Positions 1 through 11,560 of a stretch of 64,000 bases of DNA are shown here, in pieces (within the stretch, counting starts at the first letter, position 1; every line of letters begins with the position of its first letter). Source of the DNA: Vicugna vicugna (lineage: Eukaryota). The position numbers and the translations under genes were made by a program. The stretch is taken from the NCBI GenBank assembly GCA_013265495.1, contig MU058456.1, forward strand, positions 186,001 to 250,000, written 5' to 3'. The notes beneath the pieces are model-generated. The model saw nothing but the letters and a program-made list of their open reading frames with translations. It ran no database searches and was not told the DNA's origin.

Positions 1-369
1 ATGAAATGGAGCAGAGCAGGGGGAGCAGGGCAGGAAGGAGCTGGGTAACAAAGAGCTGTGAGAGTCAAGGGCACGAGGCTGCTTTCACTGTGCCCGAGGG
101 CCTGCTGTTTGCATGCACATTGGCTGGGCTCCTGGGCAGTCACTGTCATGTAGCGGTGCTTACTGTCTGCTGAGCGCCTTCAGAATACCCGCTGCACAAC
201 CCCACAGAGCCTGGGCCTCTCACACCTGCCAGTCTTGCAGCCTCTTACCTGTCCCTCAGCCTGCCCCAGCCAGTCCTTCCTGGGAGCTCTGTGATGGCTT
301 TAAATGAGGACTTTCCCGGAGAGGTATTTGCATTTTCATAGGGAACATTTTAAAACAAATCTAATTCTT

Positions 370-1290
370 ACTATTATTTTGTAAATATTGTTACTGAAGT
401 ATAATGTACAGACAGCAAATTGCCTAAATTTTTTGTTGTTTTTTTTTAAAGACAGTTTTTTTGTTTTGTTTTGTTTTTCTCATAGAGGTACCAGCAGTTG
501 AACCCAGCACCCTGTGCATGCTAAGTACACGCTCTACAACTGAGCTATTCTCACCTCCCAGCAAAGCACCCACGTTTTGAGGGTACACCTTGAATTTTGA
601 CAATGTGAAATCACAACCCAGATCAAGAACAGTGTGTTAGCAGCACCTTCTGGAATGACTTGTCTTCAAAGGTAATTGCTATTCTGACTTCTGAGATCTT
701 GGGTTAGTCTTATGTGTGTGCAATGGCATTGTAATATATAGCTTTTTTGGGATCTGGTTTTGTTTGCTCAACATCAGGTCAGAGTTATCAGTGTTGTTGC
801 TAATAGTGGTATTTGTTCTTTTTCATTGCTGTGTAGCGTTCCATTTTGTGGAAAATATCAGAATTTATCCATTCTGTTGTTGATGAACACTTGGGTTGAT
901 TTGGGATGTTATGAATATACTTCTGTGAATGTTCTTAGACATGTCCTTTCATGAGCATATGTGCATTTCTTCTGGGTATATACCTGGGAGTGGAATTGCT
1001 GGATCATAAAGTGTATATATGTTCAATTGAATAGACATGGACAAGTTCCAAAGTGGTCCTACCAATCTGCATTTTCACCAGCAGTATCTGAGTCCCAGTA
1101 ACTCCATATCTCACCAATATGTGGTATTGTCAGTTTTTAAAATTTTTTTGGTTTTAATTTTAGCCATTTTGGTGGGTAGGTAATGGTGTCTCATTATGGC
1201 TGTAATTTGCATTTCCATGGTGACTAGTGCTACTGAGCATTTTTTCATAGACTCATTTGGCTATTTGTAGTGCCTGTTCAATTGAGAGTG
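370..1290 (-). mobile_element. Old L1 (L1M-type) 3' region, interrupted by a SINE
   Basis: Antisense L1 3' motifs (ttcattgctgtgtagcgttccatt; tacctgggagtggaattgctggatcata; tttgcatttccatggtgactagtg). Confidence 0.8.
430..558 (-). mobile_element. tRNA-Ala-derived SINE (camelid Vic-1 type)
   Basis: T-rich tail then gaggtaccagcagttgaacccagcaccctgtgcatgctaagtacacgctctacaactgagcta (antisense tRNA-Ala-like A/B boxes); degraded TSD starting cagcaaa at 413 and 559. Confidence 0.85.
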
Positions 1291-1399
1291 AATTGCTGTG
1301 GATAGTTGACTTGCCCATGGTGCACATACATATGCATATATATTTTAGATAGATACATATAATTTTTAAAAAACATAATTGGAATAGTGTAGTACATGC

Positions 1400-1700
1400 T
1401 TCTGACAGATTGAAAAGGGACCCCAGTTCTCCACCTCTCCTTGTATTCAGAATGTCTACAAAATGATTTTGCCAGTCCTCCCATCAAGAGGTGGAGTCAG
1501 TTTCCTTCCAGTCTATGCTGGCCTTGTGACTTGTTTTGGCCAATAGAATACAGTGGAAGTGATGGTTTGCCAGCTCTAAGCCTGGGCTCAACAGGCCTGT
1601 GTGTTTACACTCTTTTTCTCATAACCCCTGCCTCTACCATGATCACAAGCCGGGGCGAGTCTGATGAAGAATGAGAAGGGCTGAGGACCCTCAGCTGGTA
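1400..1700 (+). mobile_element. MaLR (MLT1-like) LTR fragment
   Basis: ctcccatcaagaggtggagtc and ccttgtgacttgttttggccaatagaatacagtggaagtgatg resemble the MLT1 consensus as I recall it. Confidence 0.65.
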
Positions 1701-1779
1701 GCCAAGTTAATAAGGTCATCCTTAATTCCTTGGTAAGGAAAAAAATAACCAATTCAAATCTGGTAGATGAACATATTTT

Positions 1780-2120
1780 AACTTGTATTTCTTTGATTAG
1801 TAGTAAAATTAAACATTAAAAAATACATTTAATGGCCATCGATTTTTATAGTCTTTGCATATTTTGCTCTTGAAGTATCCATCTACTTGCAGAACTTTTT
1901 ATATAGAAAGATATTAACCCTTTGTATTGTGTGCAAAAAGTTGTTCTCCAGTTTATTGTTTCCCTTTACAGTTTATTTATGGTATTTCTATGTTAAGAAA
2001 TTTTAACTTTTTATGTAGTTTAATGTATTAATATTTTCCTTTATAAATCACTTCTTTTTGTGCAATAATAAGGAAAACAGTCCCCTCTCTAAGGTTATAT
2101 AGTTATTTACCTCTTACCTT
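1780..2120 (-). mobile_element. Old L1M fragment
   Basis: T-rich antisense L1 motifs (atattaaccctttg; ttttaactttttatgtagt). Confidence 0.55.
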
Positions 2121-2214
2121 TTAGAGAACATAACTGTCCAAAGGAATAAATCTCTAATTGTGGAACATGGGGACTTGGTAGGCTATTAAAGGAGATAATT
2201 TGGGCAGGGAGCCA

Positions 2215-2735
2215 ATATCAGTTAGGATGCTTTTGTATATCAGTGACAAACTCTGCCTCAAACTATTTAAAAATAAAGACATTTTATTTCACATAACAAG
2301 AAATTCAGAAGTATGACAGTTTCAAAAATTGGTTAAATCAGCAGCTCATTGGATTTTTGTCTTACAGCCTGTTCTTTTTCCATCTTGCCACAGTGCTATT
2401 GTTGGGGTGTTGGCTTTGTCTTCTTGTGGTCCTCTTCATGGTCACAGTATGGCTGCCAGTTATCCAAAGGGCAACACGCTTCCTTGTTCTATCCAGAGAA
2501 GAGAGAAGAGTACCTCCCAAGTTTTGAATATATATTCCTCTCTTCAGTGTAACTGAGCCATCTAAGGTCATGTGCTCACCACTAGATTGATAACAGTGGC
2601 CAGAAGGATTCTCAACTCAATCAGGACTCTCCTTTGGGAGTTGGAAATCAGATGACTAAATATACAACAAAATTGAGGTTTGGACAGGAAAGAAGAAAGG
2701 GGTAAGGATGTTGGACAGATCACCAGCAGCGGTCA
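2215..2735 (-). mobile_element. Old MaLR (MLT1J/K-like) LTR
   Basis: Starts tatcagttaggatgcttttg; contains atggtcacagtatggctgcc and ggtcatgtgctcaccact. Confidence 0.55.
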
Positions 2736-3473
2736 CTGCAGGCCCTTCTAGGCATTCCTCAAATTGGATGCCATTTTCCAATTTGTAGTCTTAAAACATT
2801 TATAGCCATTTCCCACATATCCTGAAAAATGTATGGGCTTTGGATTCAGCTCAGCCTTGACTTAGATCCAGGTTCTGCTTTTTATCATCCATGGCATCTG
2901 CTATTGGTTATTCAATGCCTTTAAGCCTCAGTTTCCCCATCTGTTAAATGGGAATCATACCTATATTGTTTGCTACAGAGTAGATCTTCAGTCACTGATA
3001 TTTATCGTTATGACCGCTCATAAATCAGCTCATAATTCCAATTTCCTTAGCTCTGTGATGTCTCAGCAAGGCATTTGAGACAATTTGTGATTTCTGTGCT
3101 GTATATTATTTGCTGTGTGGCCAGTTTCAAACGTCAATCTGGCTTTTCTGTCCAATACCACTACATTTGCGCTTCCACTACCCTTCTGTTTCTCTTATGT
3201 GCTTATGAGTTCGAGTGTTTTCTGCACTTTATTCATGGATGGCATTGATCCCCCTCCCCTGTGAATTATATCTGACAAAATTTTGAGTGTTAGCATTTAC
3301 AAAAAGATGATTCCATCTATGGTGAAGTAGCCAGCTCTCCAACATGTGTTAAATCATCCTTTGGTTTAATAATAAAAACCAACTGCCTATTCCCATTTGA
3401 AACTAATATAAGCAGGGTTCTTTAATTTATATTACCTCATGCTTATCAAGTGAAACTGGGCGCCTTTCAGGCA

Positions 3474-3477
<4 letters not shown>

Positions 3478-3505
<28 letters not shown>
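3478..3505. repeat. (TG)n microsatellite
   Basis: About 14 consecutive GT units. Confidence 0.95.
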
Positions 3506-4133
3506 TGGTGTATATGTTTTCCCTAGCATGACACAAGGCAATCTGTCATCCTGGCAATGAGGAATGAGGCTCAAAGATAGGAGGACTGAGAAGCAGAAAG
3601 TCTCCTTGTGCTGTCAGTCTGGGCTGATGACCTGGGGCCTTCGCATGCGTCAAAGCAGTCAGCACTAATGCTTGGGTCATGACCAAATGAAGTGTTTCTG
3701 CAGCTGGCAGCTGTGATGAGCTGGTCCGGAGTTGAGGCATAATTTTGCTTTCCCTTCTAATGATGGGAGTGACTGCTCCCCATTTATCAAACAATACACA
3801 AGCCATCTGGACCTCCTGAATGTACCCCCAAACATGCCACACCATAAGCATATGTAATGATTGTCACTCCAGGGTTACCTTGACTCAAAGACAAAGTGGC
3901 TTCTCCAATATTTCTGAAGTGTTTGGATATTCCTTTCATTATTGTGTTTATTTTTTGTCAAGGGTGGTGCCCCTTTAAGCTGTAAGGTTGGAAGGCGCTA
4001 TAGGCTAACGATTGGTAGAGGCTCCAGTCAGTCTTCTCAGGTCCTAGCTCTGTGACCTTGGGCATGTTAATTGATGTCTTTAGGCTTCAGTGTTCCCATC
4101 TGTATAAAAGAGAAGACAGTACCCACTTGGATA

Positions 4134-4925
4134 GTATCGGAAGCCGTTGGGTCTCTGACCCAGGTTCCTGGCACAGAGCTCCTAAAACCCTTGCAATTCC
4201 TGAGGGACGAGGGTATTGGAGTTTCTTACTCTAATGAGGTAATTCTGAGGGGTCCTCTGGTAGCTGAGGGATGGGGGTCAGTCTACAGAAAGATCAAGAC
4301 TTGATTAGAGGTTTGGAAATTTCCCCTCCACTCCTCAACCTCTAGGAAGGAGAGAGGAGCTCCAGGTTGAGTTCAGTCATCAGTGGCCAGTGATTTAATC
4401 ATGATTCTGTAACTGAACCTCCATTAAATCTCTAAACACTGGGCTTCAGAGAGCTTTGGAGCTGGTGAACACAGCTGCGTGCGGGGACGATGGCGCATCC
4501 CAGTGCTGCAGGGACAGAGGCTCCTGTGCTTGGGGTCCTCCTGGACCTTGTCCTACGTACCTTTTCACCTGGCTTTTCACTTATATCCTCTATAATAAAC
4601 CGGTGACACTGTGCAGTGTCTCCCTGAGTTCTCTGAACCATTTAGCAAATTATCCAACTTGAAACAGAGGGTTGGGGGAACCTCACTTTGTAGCCAAGTC
4701 AGACAGACGTGTGTGTACCCTGAGCACTCAGTGCACGGAACTGGCAGGGGCAGCGAGGGGAGTCATGTGGGACTGAGCTCTTTAACCTGTGGGTCTGACG
4801 CTAACTCTGCGTCGTTAGTATCGGAATTGAATTGTAGGACACCCTGCTGGTGTTGGAGGGTTCAAGAACTAGTTGTTGGTGTGAAAAAAGTCCGCACATC
4901 TGGTGTCTAGAGTGCTGGGAGTAAA
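4134..4925 (+). mobile_element. MER21-like solo LTR inserted into a MIR
   Basis: ggttcctggcacagagctcctaaaacccttg; aataaaccggtgacactgtgcagtgtctccctgagttct; ctgtgggtctgacgctaactc..gaattgaattgtaggacaccc. MIR sequence at 4030-4130 resumes near 5010. Confidence 0.8.
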
Positions 4926-6169
4926 AGCAGCTCCTACCGGTACCGAGGACTGTTACGAAGATAAGCAGGCTAACCCTGAGCAGCCTCGCACGGGGCCGGC
5001 CTTCCATAGACCTCAAGTGGTTGTGAGGAGAAGGGTGAGGATGTTTCTTAACCACAACTGGAACAACTTATGGAAGGATTATACCTGCTTATTCACTTGG
5101 AAATTATTGTTCCATTTCATTTCCCCCAGTTTTAAAGTTGATTTTTGTTCACACATTCAGCGTACCATCCAATTCTCGACACCATGGTTTGGAGACCAGT
5201 CAGCACCACTTGTTTCCCTGCAGGAGGCGTTGAGATGTCTCAGATGAGCTATGGAGAAACACAGCTTTGTAGATTAATAGAGAGAAACAGCCTATCTAAT
5301 CAGCTGAAAGCCTTTTTGTTCATTTGTTCACAATTTCTGTTTTCCTCTCCTGGTCCGTCTTCCAGGGAGGAGCTCAGATCTGCTGGGATGGTCTCCTGTG
5401 GGGCTGGGCGGGTAGTCCCTGCAGCAGGAGGGGCTCCGAGGCTGGTCTGGGCAGGGGGTGGAAGGGCAGCAGTCACTCTCCTCTGAGTCTCCCCGTGTTG
5501 TAGGAACAAAGTGTGGTGTCAGGAGGCTGGTTGGCCTAATCAGATGGCATTGAAGATCCAGACATAGCCAGCTTGACCCCCATCAGGCAATGAAACTGGG
5601 CTTGGCATGTGGCCTGCCTATTCCATCCCGTCGTGTGGGCTCTGGAAGGAATTAAGTGCTGGAAGTCATGCTTGCTTTGTCTCTGAAGTGTCCGAAGGGC
5701 TTTCTGATTGGCCGGGGTGTATTCTGCCTGAGACGTAGCTTTGCAGACTGTATGCTTCTGAGACGTCCTGACAGAGATGGAGGACCCTTGGTGGGGAGTG
5801 TTCAGTTGGAGCTGGTGGGAGGCTCTGTCCAGAATGGGATCCAGCCTCTGACTCTCTGTGAGCTTGGGAGGGTGTAACCTAGCAGCCCTGTTGAAAATAC
5901 AGGCTGTGGATATTTGCCCAAGGAGAGAAAGAGTGTCCCTGCTACACGTTGCTCAGAGGCTGTGGCCAAGGTCTTTCCTCTCATGGACGGGATCTCCTTC
6001 CTCCTACCTCCTGTCCCCAGGGCCACTGACAGAGCACTGTCCTGCCTCAGCAGCATGGAGCCAGGACATGGAGGGAGAGCTCGTGAATGGGTCTGTGCTT
6101 AGTAGAAGCATCTCACAGTGTGGGGCTAAAGGCTTTGGACTCAAGACCAGGTTCTCCAGCTGCCACCTG

Positions 6170-6490
6170 CGTGCAAACCACCCAGGGGTCTGGTTAGAAT
6201 GCAGCTTCTGCTTCAGGAGGTCTGGGGTCAGGCCCAAGAGTCTGCATCTTTAATAAGCTCCCAGGAGATGCTACTGCTGGTCTGAGACCACAGTTATGGG
6301 AGGGAGGGTCTCAAAGCGCGGTCCATCCATCAGCATGGAACAGCCTGGGAACAGCCTGGAAATGCACATCTTTGGTCTTGACCCAGATACACTGAAACAA
6401 GACCTACGGAAGTGGACCCAGAAATCTGTGTTTTAACAAGCCCTCCAGGGGATTTTGATGTTTGCTCAAGTCTGAGAACCACTGGTCTAG
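6170..6490. mobile_element. MER5-family hAT-Charlie MITEs (two adjacent pieces)
   Basis: aatctgtgttttaacaagccctccaggggattttgatg..tctgagaaccactggtctag, and a second piece ctgcatctttaataagctcccaggagatgc. Confidence 0.8.
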
Positions 6491-6916
6491 GGTTCAGACA
6501 TACCTTACCATTCTGATGTCACCCATTTACCTTGTCTCAAAAATGACAGAGGGGAAACTTTTAGAATAGTAACATATCTGTGGAATAGTAATGGCCAAGT
6601 GTGAACAGAAATTTCCTTGGGCAGATCATGCTTAATAGCTCCTGCTGTTAGCTGCTCACACCTGGCTCTTTCCATTTGGCTAACAACTGCAAAGGAGGAG
6701 GTAAAAAAGGAACAATTTCTAATTACTAAAGAAGTCCATGTTCACATTTTAAAATTCACACAGTATTGAACACTATACCTGAAAAAGTAAGGTTTCCCCC
6801 GTCCCTCAACTCTTCCCATTTTGGGTGGGGAGTAACCGTTGTTCACAATTTGACAAGTGACAGATATTTTTGACAAAAGATTTGTACACAAATATACTAT
6901 AGAGGGTCTATTTTTA

Positions 6917-7046
6917 TTTTTATTTTATTTTTTTCTGGGGGAGGTAATTAGATTTGTTTGTTTGTTTAATGGAGGCACTGGGGATTGAACCCAGGACCTC
7001 GTACATGCTAAGCACACGCTCTACCACTGAACTACATCTGTCTCCC
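6917..7046 (-). mobile_element. tRNA-Ala-derived SINE (Vic-1 type)
   Basis: Reverse complement reads gatgtagttcagtggtagagcgtgtgcttagcatgtacgaggtcctgggttcaatccccagtgcctcca plus an A-rich tail; TSD atagagggtctattttta (6899) / atagagggccaattttta (7047). Confidence 0.92.
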
Positions 7047-7749
7047 ATAGAGGGCCAATTTTTAAACACAAAAATTATAGTGTCTTGCATATTGTCCTCC
7101 AGTTTGCTCATTGCAGCTTACCTTCTTCATCAGGTAGGGGGCAATTTCTGAAAACCTCAAGGCCATAGGGGAGCCAGCTTTGTGATCACTCATGCTGATG
7201 TGGGGGCTGCCTGCCAGGGCTTTGCCCCCAGTGAGCACTCATTGAGGAGCAGGGCAGAGAGCATTTCTGTTTCAGCTGGCTGTGCTCTGCCCAATGAGCC
7301 TTCTCCCTCTGGATGTTGTCCCAGAGAAGGGAGGTTAGACACACATGCCTCATCACCTGCTTTGTCTCCCTCTGTCCCTCTTCCCACACCCCATTTGTTG
7401 GAAAAGTCAGGCCTGTCACTCCTTCTTCCTGCTTAAGAAGCCAGTCTGGGGTCATATCTCGAGTGCATTCTACACAACGAAAGAATCTTGCTGATCTGAG
7501 TTGCCCGGCTGGGCTCCTAAGAAAGGAGCAGTGTCAGTCCTGGATCAGCTCCAGCTGGCAGAAACCAGTGGTTACTTTTAACACAAGCAGCTTGAACATG
7601 TTTTGTGAAACAGGCTAGAGGAGCAGGAGCTAGGCTGAGCTTCTAGAAGTGACTCCTAGAACCATACTGCAGGATTAGCCCAGCAAAGGTGCTGCTGCCT
7701 CTGCTGGGAAATCAGGAAGGGAGACCTCTGTCTCAACAGCAGGACCACC

Positions 7750-7990
7750 TGGCCTCAGCCAGCATCCAAGCCAGCAAAATATGTGCCCTATGTTTTGCCA
7801 GTGGAAAAGCCACTTCCCTGAGGATTTGCAAATCTCTTACGGAGTGTCTGCTTGGTGGAAGCCAGGGAACAAGTGCAGCATAAGATCTAAGGGTGCCAGG
7901 GAAATGCAGTTTTGTTTTCCTGCCTCTGTGTGCAGCAGGGCTACAGGGGAGGTGGTGCTGGTGCTGGTGTTGGAATGAAAATGTGTGAGA
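7750..7990 (-). mobile_element. MLT1-like LTR fragment
   Basis: gtctgcttggtggaagccagggaacaagtgc and tttgttttcctgcctctgtg resemble old MLT1. Confidence 0.4.
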
Positions 7991-8359
7991 CAATCTGCAA
8001 CATCTACCACAGAACAACTGAGGACTAGATAAAACAAGGGTGAAACGGTTGGTTTAATATTACCCAGATGCTGTTAACATCATAATGCACAGCTACCATG
8101 TCCTTAACCCTCATGGGTTTAAACGCTTCTAGAGCTCATTGTTTTTTTAAATCTATATTATATCTTGGGCTCAGTAGTTTAGCAGGCATTATGTAAAGTC
8201 ATGTGTCCTTTCTTTTGTCTTTTACAAAATGCTTGGTACCGAAGTCTCTAGGTTGGAACTAGGTGCTAAGAGGACTTCAAAATGAAGAAAGAGAGAGACC
8301 TGCATCCCAAGGGATTTACAGTCTAGTGGGGTCTCATCAGAGCCACCTACTAATACTAC

Positions 8360-8610
8360 TATCATCATCATTATGACAGAGCAACTGTTGGGTACACTTC
8401 AGTGGCTGTTGTGCACACACCATCTCCTTTATGCCTCAAAACAGCCCTGCCAGGTAAGGGTTATTTATCCCTTTTGATGAGTAAGCAAACTGAATTTCAA
8501 AGAGCTGGGTAGTTTTCCCATATAATGTCACAGCTAGCACACGGCAGGGCTGGAATTTGAACCCAGAACTGGTTGCAATCAAAGTTGATGCTCTTTTTGT
8601 TTTAGCTCAT
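8360..8610. mobile_element. MIR SINE
   Basis: cacagctagcacacggcagggctggaatttgaacccag and a MIR core-like segment. Confidence 0.75.
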
Positions 8611-8684
8611 TGCTTCCTGTAATTGCCTAAGATTTGAAATACAAGAACCCATTGATCCCAATTGCAATCTTACAGATTTAAACC

Positions 8685-8900
8685 TGGGGTTAGCAAATTA
8701 CAGCCTGTGGTGGAACCTAGTCCTTCATCTATCTCTTGTGAATGCAGTTCTGTTGGCGCACAACCATGCCCACCTGTTTCCATGTTGTCTGTGGCTGCTT
8801 TTGTCCTATAATAACAGAGTCACGTAGTGGAGACAGAGACCAAATAGCCTGCGAAGCATAAAATAAAAGGCCAACTGGCCTTTTACAGAGTATGCTTTGA
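8685..8900. mobile_element. MER58A-like hAT-Charlie MITE
   Basis: ggggttagcaaattacagcctgtgg ... ttgtctgtggctgcttttg ... ctggccttttacagag. Confidence 0.75.
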
Positions 8901-9167
8901 TTTAAACAATTCCACGCAGACTCCTTTTTATCCTTCATCTTTCGAATAAGGGCATAACGAACTCATCACTTGAGAATTTAGCATTTCGGATTGTGGCTTT
9001 CTGTGGGCTGTCCAGAGCACACACAGTCACGCGAGGCAGGGAAGACCTGGAATGGACAGCACAGCATGGCCTCAGGTAAACGTGTGCTGCAGTCCTGTTT
9101 CTGTCACTTACTCGCGCTGTGGCCTTTGAGAAATAGCTTAACCTACTTAAAACTATTTGCTCTCTTA

Positions 9168-10900
9168 TATTCATTCATTAATTCAATTGAGGGGCTGCTC
9201 TGTTTCAGGCACTGCTCTCTGTGTTGAGGACCTAGCAGTGAACAAAACACAAAAATCCCTGCCCTGGAGGAGTTGGCATTCCACCAGGTGGAGGCAGACA
9301 CTCAAAAAAGAAGTAAATGTTTATTGTGTGAAGATGACAGTTAAGCGTCATGAAGAAAAATAAAGTAAGAAAAGGGGACAGGAAGTTTCAGGGCAGGAAG
9401 AGATGGTGTAGAGGGGCTGCAGTTTTAAGGTGGGTGGTCAGGGAAGCCCTCAGTGGAAAGGTGATTTTGAGTAAAGGCCAGAAGGAGGGAAGAGAGTAAG
9501 GTAGTGAAAGTCTGCAAGAAAGAACATTCCAGGTTGAGGTGGGAGAGAGAGCTGGGCCCTGTGCCAGAAGTGTGTCTAGCATGTTAGAGGAACAGCATGG
9601 AGGCCAGAGGGATGGAGCAGAATAAACAAAGGGCTTTAGCGGGAGGGGAGGTCCAGGAGGTGCTGGGGACGGACATGTCTAAGATCTTGTAAGTTATCAT
9701 GAAGAGTCTGGCTTTTACTTTCCATGTGATGGAAAGCTAATGGAGAGCTTTTGAGCGCTGAAGGGCATAACTTGATTTGTGTTTTAGATGATCCACTTTG
9801 GGTGCTGGGTTGAAGGAGACTGGAGGTGGGAGAGAGTCCAAGGGTAGAAGTGGTGGGACCAGTTAGGAGGCGACTGCCGTCATTCAAGTAAGAGATGATG
9901 GTGGTTCAGATCGGGGTGGTTGTGGTGAGTTGGTGAGATGTGGTTGGATTCTGGATATATTTTGAAGATAGATCCAAGGGGATCTTGACAGACTAGATGT
10001 AGGGTATGAAAAAAATTAAAGTTTTTGGTTCACACACCTGGAAGGATGGGGCTCAGTTAAGGATCTTAACTGAGAGGGGAAGATAGCAGTTGGAGCAGGT
10101 TTGGGGGAACAGATCAGGAGTTTGGTTTTATACTAAGTTTGAGACGGCCACCAGATAAGTGAGGATATTAAATAAGCAGTGGGACATAGGAGTGAAATCC
10201 TCGAAACTGATGTTATAAAGAAGATGCTGTGATTGATAAATGCCAGGGTCCTGGGTGTGACCACAGGAGTGGGTGTCTGAGGTTGGGTGGCAGACAAGAT
10301 TGTAAGGACATGAGAAAACAGAATATTGGCAAAATCATCCATGTGAATATTAAAATCACCAAGAATTTTGGTAAGATCAATATTGGAGAAAGTGTCAGGA
10401 AGCCAAGAGCAAAAATCTTGGAGGAGTGAGGGTAGTGATGCTGGGCTGGGGGCACGGTAGATGACTGCAACATGGACCGGGAATGGGTGGGAACAGCGTG
10501 ATGATGTAAGGTGCAAAGCTCTGAGGTGGAGGCTTGGGAAAAAGAAAGGTCTAGAAAAGGCAGTGAGGAGCAGAGCACAGCTGTTTCATCTCTGGTCCAG
10601 TTGTTTACGGGGCGTGAAGGAGAAAATGTCCACTATTTGAGAGGGTTGCAGGAAAAGCAGTATTCTCAGATTTAGTTAGAAAAAGAGGCTAAGGAAGTGG
10701 TCCCAGAAGAGACTGAGGACAGCAGAGATTTTGCTGAGGATTGGTTATGTGAGTAGGAGGTTTCAGAAGTGGGGGGATGGGTGATGGTGGGGAACAAGGG
10801 TCAGGAAAGGAGATGCCCGGATGCTTTGGAGCCCTGGGCTTCTTGTGGTGGCTGATATAACAAGGATAAAGGACCTGGTGGGCACAAAGCACAGAGTGGC
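9168..10900 (-). mobile_element. L2 LINE: 3' end plus endonuclease-region segment
   Basis: L2 tail (attcattcatt) at 9168; typical L2 3' motifs (aagtaagagatgatggtgg; ggattctggatatattttgaag); ORF 10133-10516 keeps APE endonuclease motifs VIYRAP and ILGDFNIH. Confidence 0.88.
10133..10516 (-). pseudogene. L2 ORF2 apurinic-like endonuclease fossil
   Basis: Translation VAVIYRAPS...KILGDFNIHMDD matches the EEP/APE motifs YRPP and GDFN. Confidence 0.8.
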
Positions 10901-11409
10901 AGCTAAGGTGTGAACAGTGGAGGGGGGGAGCCAGGGGGTTCTGCCAGGGCACGCGAGTTCTTGGGCTCCCCCTTAACTCCTTCTAGTGGTGGTGCTGAGA
11001 CTTCCTGAGGTGTGGAGCTCCCTCTCAGTTCCTTGAGTGAGTGGGGCTCTCTTGTCTCCTCCCATCTGGGGCATGGAGGCCAGAGCAGGGAACAGAAAGC
11101 GCTGTCTAGCTTAGGAGAATGGCACTTGCTGGAAGGTCTCTCTTGTGTCCCAAGAACTGCCTGGACATCAGCAGCCCAAGTTCATGGCTCCTCTTTTCAA
11201 TCTCTGCTGCTAAGACTTGTCAACCAACTTTCAGTCTCTCTTGCTCTCCATTCAAATCTGGAATTTTGAATGGCTCAAGTGACAGAATCGGGGGTACAAA
11301 CATGTTTCCTGGGGAGTCATCTCTCTGGATTATGGGGCAAAGTGGGAGTTCAGAGAGATGGGGAAATGATTGTGAACTGGACAGACACTTGCTGACATGT
11401 CTAATTCAC

Positions 11410-11560
11410 TAAACTTAAGATTCTCATCTATTAAATGAAGGGTAATATTAATATTTGCCCCATTCAGTTGAGGTGAAGATTGAATGAGATCGTAGACAAA
11501 ATTTAGCACAGTGTCTGGTATCCTGTTGACACGCCATACATATTAGCCACTATTTTTATC
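11410..11560. mobile_element. MIR fragment
   Basis: ttctcatctattaaatgaagggtaat..gtgaagattgaatgagat..ttagcacagtgtctgg. Confidence 0.7.

Noticed and set aside
6968..7046. tRNA-Ala(AGC) gene (also at 25850 and 34985)
   Set aside because: tRNA-like heads have degenerate acceptor stems, a shared non-tRNA tail, A-rich ends and TSDs, so these are SINEs.
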